Under the pieces are notes generated by a model that had not been told where the DNA came from, did no database searches, and worked only from the letters and a program-made list of their open reading frames with translations. This document shows positions 12,879 through 20,000 of a DNA stretch of 20,000 nucleotides, piece by piece. The stretch is taken from positions 423,868-443,867 of the forward strand of contig JBODTK010000140.1 of NCBI GenBank assembly GCA_050613775.1, read 5' to 3'. Every line of letters begins with the position of its first letter. The stretch's first letter is position 1. The position numbers were made by a program, and so were the translations under genes. Source of the DNA: Neocallimastix sp. 'constans'. Lineage: Eukaryota.

Positions 12879-13315
12879 TTTTTTTTTTTAGACTATCCCT
12901 TGTAAGTCTTGATCATATCATCCCAGCCACAACAGACAACTAATATCAGACAAACTTTATATCGGGTGTATCAAGATACAACAAAGTGCTCCCATGCCAT
13001 ACCATTTCGGCGTCGACGCTCTCAGTCACGGATTACAGAACCACAAGATTTGGAGATGATGGATACGGCAAGCCACAACCACATACACTATAACATTATT
13101 ATTTATTTACTACATTACCTTTCTCCAAATTAGGAAATCTATCCTAACACGTGATGAACACGCAGATATATTAACTAATGAGGATTTACAATACGCAGGA
13201 ATCACCCCGCTTCAGGCAATGTATACGTACAACTGAGAAGCACGATCATAGTGTAGACGATGACTTGTTCGATTTAGGGTTAGGCTGTCAAATGGATTAT
13301 AATGGGTGGTAAGGT

Positions 13316-13326
13316 AGAATCGAACT
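13316..13326 (-). promoter_or_regulatory. Pol III internal promoter B box
   Basis: AGTTCGATTCT matches the GTTCRANNC core exactly. Confidence 0.8.
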
Positions 13327-13358
13327 CCGGACTATTGACCTAAGGGTATACGCGTTAA

Positions 13359-13369
13359 CCATTGACCCG
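13359..13369 (-). promoter_or_regulatory. Pol III internal promoter A box
   Basis: CGGGTCAATGG versus consensus TRGCNNARYGG, at the expected distance from the 5' end and about 33 nt upstream of the B box. Confidence 0.65.
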
Positions 13370-13382
13370 ATCTTACAGAGTT

Positions 13383-13394
13383 ACTAAAATAATT
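13383..13394 (+). repeat. Target-site duplication, right copy (ACTAAAATAATT)
   Basis: Begins where the GC-rich island ends, 6 nt beyond the tRNA-like 5' end. Confidence 0.8.
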
Positions 13395-14305
13395 AATTAT
13401 TGGAATTTTTTTTTATTGACTTATTGATAAATTGTCAAATAAAGTTTTTAAACTTTTATTTAATATTTATATTAAATATTTTAAAAAATTTAATTATATT
13501 TTAATTAAAATTTTTTTCATTATATATGAAGTAATAAAATTATTTAAATAAGATAAATATATTATTTTTTATTCAATATATATATTTAATAATAGTTTTA
13601 ATATATTATCAATATATTATTTAATATAATATTAAAAATTATATAATATTTTATTAAAAAAAAATAAAAAAAATAAAAGCAATATATATTTTTTTTTAAA
13701 ATACTTTCAATAAAAATTAAAATATTTCATATCAATGAATAAAATAAATATATGATAATAATAATATATATATTTTTTGTTATGCGATTAATAACTTTAT
13801 TTTTAATGATTATGATATTATTAATATTATTTTTAGTAGGTTTATATTATTTTTATAGATTTATATTATTTAAATACATTTATTATATATAATCAATTTA
13901 AATAATTTAAAATTTATTTGCAAATAAAAATATTAAAAAAAAAAAAGTTCTTTTTTACATTTAACTAGAAAAAAAATTAAAACTAAAGTAAAACTATTAA
14001 AATTTTAAAAAAAATATTTATTACTTAATAAGCAATAATGAATTATTAATTACTATATTATTTTATTAAAATTAATATAAAAAAAATTTATATTACATAT
14101 ATATATTTTTTTATTAAAATTTGTAGTAATAAATATATAATAATATATTTTAATATTATTTATTGATTAAATATAACATATTAAAAAAATAATAAATAAT
14201 GAAAGTAAAAATTGATTATTGTAATAAAAATAATTATATACTGATTATAAAAATTTAAAGCTTATTTTTATTATAAAGACATAGATATATCCAAATTAAT
14301 GAGCA

Positions 14306-14436
14306 AAAATAAATAAATAAATAAATAAATAAATAAATTAACAATAAATAAAAAATAAATAAATAATAAAAAAATAATAAATAAATAATAAATAATAAAT
14401 AATAAATAAATAAATAATCAATTAATAAATAAATAA
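14306..14436 (+). repeat. (AAAT)/(AAT) compound microsatellite
   Basis: Runs of AAAT and AAT units. Confidence 0.8.
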
Positions 14437-15185
14437 ACTTATTAATATGAAATTTAATTTTATATTTCATTTATTCTTAATATAATTTGAAATTACATAT
14501 GTTTTACAATTATATTAAATACCATTTTTCTCATTATATTTTCCTATTTATTTATATATCGTATATATACTATTTATTTTTATTTGATTAATTATACCTA
14601 TTTTGATAATATCTATATTATTATTGGTACAATTCGCATAAATATTTTAAAAATTATATTAATTAATTAATTATTAGTAATTTGTGTGTGCTAATGTTTT
14701 AATGTGTTTATTTTTTTTTTAGAAGGTTTATAAAGAGGATAGTTGAAAATAGCATTACTTTTAATTTTCTAATTAAATATAATGTACAAAAAAGAAAAAT
14801 ATATATATATATTTTTATTTTATAAAAAAATAAAAGATAAAGGATATATATAAAAAAAGATTATATTATTTTTCTTTTTTACCTATAGTTAATATTAGGT
14901 AATTATATAAAAAAAAAGTTATGTTTTTCTATTATTATATTTATTTGTTATATATATATATATATTTTTTTTTTTATTATTCATATAATTTGGTAAAATA
15001 AACAAAACTACCGGAATAATAAACAAAATCGGAATTACTAAAATGACAAATTTAAAAATGAAAAGGTTGGAATTTATTTTTATAAATTATTATTATAATA
15101 TATTAAATATATATTGTAAGTATATATAAATATTTATATAATATTTATAATGTGTATATATAATTTTATATTAGAAATTGTATCA

Positions 15186-15305
15186 CTTTAAAAAAATAAT
15201 ATTATTTAAATAAAAATTCTTTCGAATAAATAATATCTTAAAAATATTTTTTATTTAAATAATATTATTTTTTTGAAGCTATTATTTATTCGAAAGAATT
15301 TTTAT
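15186..15305. repeat. Interleaved pair of inverted repeats (fold-back)
   Basis: Perfect 26-bp IR at 15210-15235 / 15280-15305 (ATAAAAATTCTTTCGAATAAATAATA) and perfect 27-bp IR at 15190-15216 / 15248-15274. Confidence 0.9.
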
Positions 15306-15490
15306 ATTTAATTAATATATGAATTACCAATAAAAATATTAGAAATTTTAATAGTTATAATCTATAAGTAAATATATTAATAATTAACTATATAATCAAT
15401 TAAAATAAATAATTAATATTAACAAATAATAAATAATAAATAATAAATAAAAAATAAAAACTAACAAAATTGGAAATAAATAAATAAATA

Positions 15491-15600
15491 ATAATAAATA
15501 ATAATAAATAATAATAAATAATAATAAATAATAATAAATAATAATAAATAATAATAAATAATAATAAATAATAATAAATAATAATAAATAATAATGAATA
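15491..15600 (+). repeat. Minisatellite (ATAATAAATA)n
   Basis: Ten perfect 10-bp units at 15491-15590, followed by one unit with an A>G change. Confidence 0.95.
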
Positions 15601-17402
15601 ATATATAATAAATACTATATTATAATTTGTTAATAAATTAATATTAAAATTAAAAAATAGTTTTATTAATTAATATTATTAAAATTTAATAATATTTAAA
15701 AAATAATAGAAATATTTTTTATTTTTATAATAAAAATGGTTTTATTTGATAATAATTTTTTATATTTTTATTATAGTTTAATTAAGATATATTAATTTTA
15801 AAAAATTCATGATGTAACCAATAATCTTTTTAGTATAAAACTTTTTGAACATATTTAATTTATTTCAAACTTTAATTATTAATTTTTAATATTCCATTTA
15901 ATTTCATTTTAATTAATATGTTTTTTTTATTTACTAATTAAAAGTTATTATTTATAAGAATTATCTTTTAACTTTTTCTTATTTTATTATTTCAATAAAA
16001 TAAAAAAAAAAAAGACATTCGAAAAACAAACAAAAAGATAATCTTTTAGAAAAATAAAAATAAGATTTATGGTTTTCATCTTATAAAATTTATTATTATA
16101 ATAAATGTATATTATTATTAAAATTATTTTTTTTTATAAAAAATATTATTTTTTTCTATATAATTTTGATTTATCTAAGCCTTGCTCTTAATATTTTAAT
16201 TTTATTATTAAGTTATTATTTATTATGGAGTCAATGTCAGCCACAATTATATATTAATTATTATTGTTGTTATTTGTTATATATATCAAATATATTTTTT
16301 ACAAAATTATTTAAAAAAAAAAACAAAAAAAAAAAAAAACACCTAATTATAACTAAAATTAGATTAAATAAAATATAATAATAAAAAAAAGGATTAGTCA
16401 TAATATTGAAAAATATCAAACAGAAAAAAAAAAAAATAAAAAAATAAAAAGTATTAATAGAATTTATAATAATAATAATAATAAAATATTCATCATAAAA
16501 TTTAAATAATATTATTAATTATTTTAATTTACTATTACTAATATTTAAATTTAATAAATAATAACAATAATAATAATATGAAATGCTTTTAAAATCAAAC
16601 AAATAAAAAAAAAAAAAAAAAAAAAACTGTATTCGAATTTCTTTAAAATATTAGTTGACTAAAAAGAAGAATATTATGTATATTATGATTTTTCACAATT
16701 TTTTTTTTATTTTATTTTTTTTGTCTATTAAATATTAAAAATAATGAATTATTAGCATTTAATTTTATAAATGTACCATGTTTCAATATATTGATTATAA
16801 TAATTAATAACAGTCATACTAATAATGACAATAATTTTTAATAATCGTATAATTCTAAAACCTTTTTTTTTATTATTATTATAAATAGATTAATATTATT
16901 AAATATTAAACTTTTTTATTTTTTATTTTTTTTTTCAAAATGTGATTCAAATAGTTATGAATAAGGGTTTATTTAAATTTATTTAATTTTAATTTTTTTT
17001 TTTTTATTTTTTTTTTAATTGTAAATATAAAACAAAAAATGATTATTTTTATATTTTTATATTTGTTTTATAATTATTATTGTTTTATTGTTATTATTTT
17101 ATTGTTATTACTTCTATTAATTTATTCTTATATTATTAAAAAAAAAAAAGACTTTTAAAATTTTAATTAAAAATATAACATAACCGGACAGTTTTATATA
17201 AGTGTTTTTTTTTTTTTATTTTATTTAATTTTCATTTTTTTTTAATAATTATATGCTTTATTTTGGTTTATAATGTAAATATGATTCATTAGTAAATGAA
17301 TAGCTAACTAACTAATTAATTAAATAATAGATATATAGTTAACTAACTAGCTAACTAATTATATAAATAAATAAATAGATAAGTAAATGAGTAGATAAAT
17401 AA

Positions 17403-17605
17403 CCCTTATTAAATCCATATTTCGTAATAAACCTTAGAAAAAAAAAAAGCCCTTTAACATATCTACACGGCTTCGCCACTTTTTAAACCAGTATTAGTTC
17501 ATTAAAATTAAATATTTTTCTAACCAATAGATATATGACCAATAACCTCAACCTGAAGATATTCTCTTTATTAATATAATTTGATAATAATATCTTTAAT
17601 AAGGG
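17403..17605. mobile_element. Possible MITE-like element (weak)
   Basis: 11-bp inverted termini CCCTTATTAAA / TTTAATAAGGG enclose ~200 bp of locally higher GC. The flanks ATAA and ATTA are not an exact TSD. Confidence 0.25.
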
Positions 17606-18308
17606 ATTAGACAATAATGAAATGTGGTCTTATTTTAGTGATTAATATAAAAAGAAAAGTAAATATTAAATATTCAATGAAAAGTTGACATTTAGGTCTC
17701 ATTTTAATTTTATTCTAATTTATTTTATTTTATTAAAAAAAAAAAAAAAAAAAAAAGAAAAAAAAGGTATTATAAAAGTATAATTTTAATTTTTATTAAG
17801 GTATCACAAAAAAAAATCAAAAAAAAAAAAAAAAAAAAAAAGACTGTAATTTGTCTTGTTTATCTTAATATAAATAAAAATTAATAATTATGCAACGTTT
17901 ACTGTAATACATATAAAATATATATTTTATATATTTATATTAGAGGTCAATTCCATTTTAGGAAACTTACATATTAAAATTTTAATATTTATTTCGAATA
18001 ATTAAAATAATTAAAATAATCTTAAATAAATTTAATAATTTTAATGTTTCTTACAAATAATTATTTTTAGAAAACATTTTATTTTATATTTTTTTTTATT
18101 ATTATTCATTTTATTTATTTATTTATTTTTAAATCGTATAATTAAACAATAGAAAGTATGGATGGATATAATGATAGTAGTCTAAAAATATTTAGTTTTT
18201 TATGTATAAATATATTGATAATAAATTTTTTTTTTTATATATATAAAATTTCTTTAGTTTATTAATATACTTTATTTGAAGTGGATATATGATATTTATA
18301 ATAATATG

Positions 18309-18310
<2 letters not shown>

Positions 18311-18355
<45 letters not shown>
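18311..18355 (+). repeat. (TAA)n microsatellite
   Basis: 15 tandem TAA units. Confidence 0.95.
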
Positions 18356-18358
<3 letters not shown>

Positions 18359-19230
18359 CCCATCTTAAATTCTATATTAGTTTTATTATTTAAAATAATA
18401 TATTATTTTTCTTATACACTTTTTAAATATAATTTTTTTTTAATTTATAATATTTTATAGTAATGCTAAAATTAATATAAAATAAAGTTATAATTTTATT
18501 AATTTAATTTAGGGCAGAAACCAATATTTTTTAGTTGGAATTTGGTTTTATTTAGAATGATAAAATGTAAAATTTTAATTAATGAAAATAATAATTTTGG
18601 AACACTTTTTGTTTATTATTATTATTATTATAATATTATATGATAATATATTTCAATTTTATTTTATTTAATAATATATTATAATTATTTTTATTATTTT
18701 GATGACTTCATAACTTGTATATCCTATAGACAAAATTTTTACTAAATAATAACATTAAATATTATTTATTGTATATATTTTATAGATCATATTTTTTACT
18801 TGATGTTTTAGAATAATTATTATTAAATTTAAATTATTCTATTTATATTATATATATATATTAGATTTATAATAAAATAATAATTATATTAAAGCGTTTA
18901 GAAAATTGAATATAGTAGTTAAGAACAACTTAATGTTCAATAAATGGTTTAGTATATTTCTTTTTTATTTTAGATGATTTAATATTTTATATAAAAAGTA
19001 AATTGCTTATTTATTAATAATTTTATTTGTTCATATATATATTTTAATTTTACGATTTATATTCAATTAAAATTAATTAATAATTTAAATTATATTAACA
19101 TTTTTAAAAAATTAAATAAAAAAAATATAATTGTTATATAAATCATTATATTATAAATTATAATATACTAATTTACTTTTATTTAAAACTATATTATAAA
19201 ATTTATTATAATATTTTATGGTAATTTAAA

Positions 19231-19252
19231 TAATAATAATAATAATAATAAC

Positions 19253-19283
<31 letters not shown>
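19231..19283 (+). repeat. (TAA)n microsatellite with one CAA interruption
   Basis: Seen directly in the sequence. Confidence 0.9.
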
Positions 19284-20000
19284 GTAAACAACTAATTTTA
19301 TTTTTTTATATACAATATTCCTTCTACAAATAATAATAATTATATAATAGGGTTATAATAACATAAATCAATAAGTTTTTAAAGTCTATTTTAGTGTTAA
19401 GTATAATTGATATTTTTTTTTTTTTTTATTTTTTTAAAAAAAAAAAAATTATTTATATAATAAATATAGTTAATGAATATGAGATATTATTTTACAATAC
19501 AAAATTTTAAATATTATATTGTCATTATACATGTTTTGGAAATTGTATATATAAATATATACAATTAATATATATATGTATTTATATAAAGAAAGCTAAT
19601 TTTTTTTTTCTTCTTTAGAATAATAGTATAGTATACATATTTACTGTTTAAAGAATATTTAAAAATCGGTTCATATAAATTACATACTATATAAGTATTT
19701 TTAAAATTATTGCTATAAAGTATAATTTATTAATTGATATTAATTAAATTTAAAATTTCATTTCTATTACAATAATAATAATAATAATAGTAATAGTAAT
19801 GATAAAGTAATAAAAGAAATATTAAATATAAAGTATTAAAATTATTAATTATGAAATTTTTAATTCTTAATAAATTTTAAGGGCTTATCATAAAAAATTC
19901 ATTTTACTTAGTTTGTATATTTTTTCGAAAAATTAAAAAAAAAAAATAATAAAATAGATTAAGATAAAAAATAAAACTTTAAATTAAATAAAAAAAATGA

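Larger units (their letters stand above)
13308..13376 (-). pseudogene. tRNA-like head of the SINE (degenerate tRNA, not a functional tRNA gene)
   Basis: Minus strand reads GTAAGATCGGGTCAATGGTTAACGCGTATACCCTTAGGTCAATAGTCCGGAGTTCGATTCTACCTTACC. The acceptor-like stem GTAAGAT/ACCTTAC pairs at 6 of 7 positions, with D-loop-like AATGGTT and T-loop GTTCGATTC. The D and anticodon stems do not pair canonically. The loop-like CTTAGGT hints at a TAG anticodon but this is unreliable. Confidence 0.7.
12879..13382 (-). mobile_element. tRNA-derived SINE-like retroposon, ~504 bp including poly(A)
   Basis: Island of 196/480 G+C (12901-13380, hand count) in ~10% GC surroundings. The minus strand starts with a tRNA-like A/B-box head and ends in AGUCU-poly(A) (T-run 12877-12889 on +). 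Identical 12-mers ACTAAAATAATT flank it at 12867-12878 and 13383-13394. There is no TTTT Pol III terminator within the minus-strand body. Confidence 0.85.

Noticed and set aside
12890..12914. Group I intron P7-like GACU/AGUC motifs
   Set aside because: The two strands are only about 10 nt apart, leaving no room for P3/P8. A simple hairpin explains it better.
12909..13133. 74-aa ORF in the GC island
   Set aside because: It has a TTG start, lies antisense to the SINE transcript and shows no recognisable domain. It is open simply because GC is higher here.
13151..13236. C/D-box snoRNA on the + strand (GTGATGA ... CTGA)
   Set aside because: There is no terminal stem or recognisable guide, and it is on the opposite strand to all other signals.
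13308..13376. Functional tRNA gene
   Set aside because: The anticodon and D stems do not pair, there is no downstream T-run terminator, and it is embedded in a TSD-flanked poly(A) element.
15491..15600. CRISPR-like array
   Set aside because: It is a pure tandem 10-mer with no spacers and no cas genes, in a eukaryotic-type context.

Overview
An extremely AT-rich (roughly 90% by eye), low-complexity eukaryotic-looking window with homopolymer runs, micro/minisatellites and no supportable protein-coding gene. The composition resembles intergenic DNA of anaerobic gut fungi or similarly AT-rich eukaryotes; this is inference only. The one striking object is a sharply bounded ~500-bp island (12879-13382, about 41% GC by hand count, CpG-rich). 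On the minus strand it has the architecture of a young tRNA-derived SINE: a tRNA-like head with A and B boxes, a body free of TTTT, a 3' stem-loop, a poly(A) tail and a perfect 12-bp target-site duplication (ACTAAAATAATT). The body is unusually structured, with several 6-11-bp helices and one crossing/kissing interaction. It also carries a telomerase-template-like CCUAACCCUAA and a hammerhead-like CUGA-GA/GAAA three-way junction. Other features are a diverged ~120-bp duplication (7079/7976), an interleaved double inverted repeat (15186-15305) and a weak MITE-like candidate (17403-17605).
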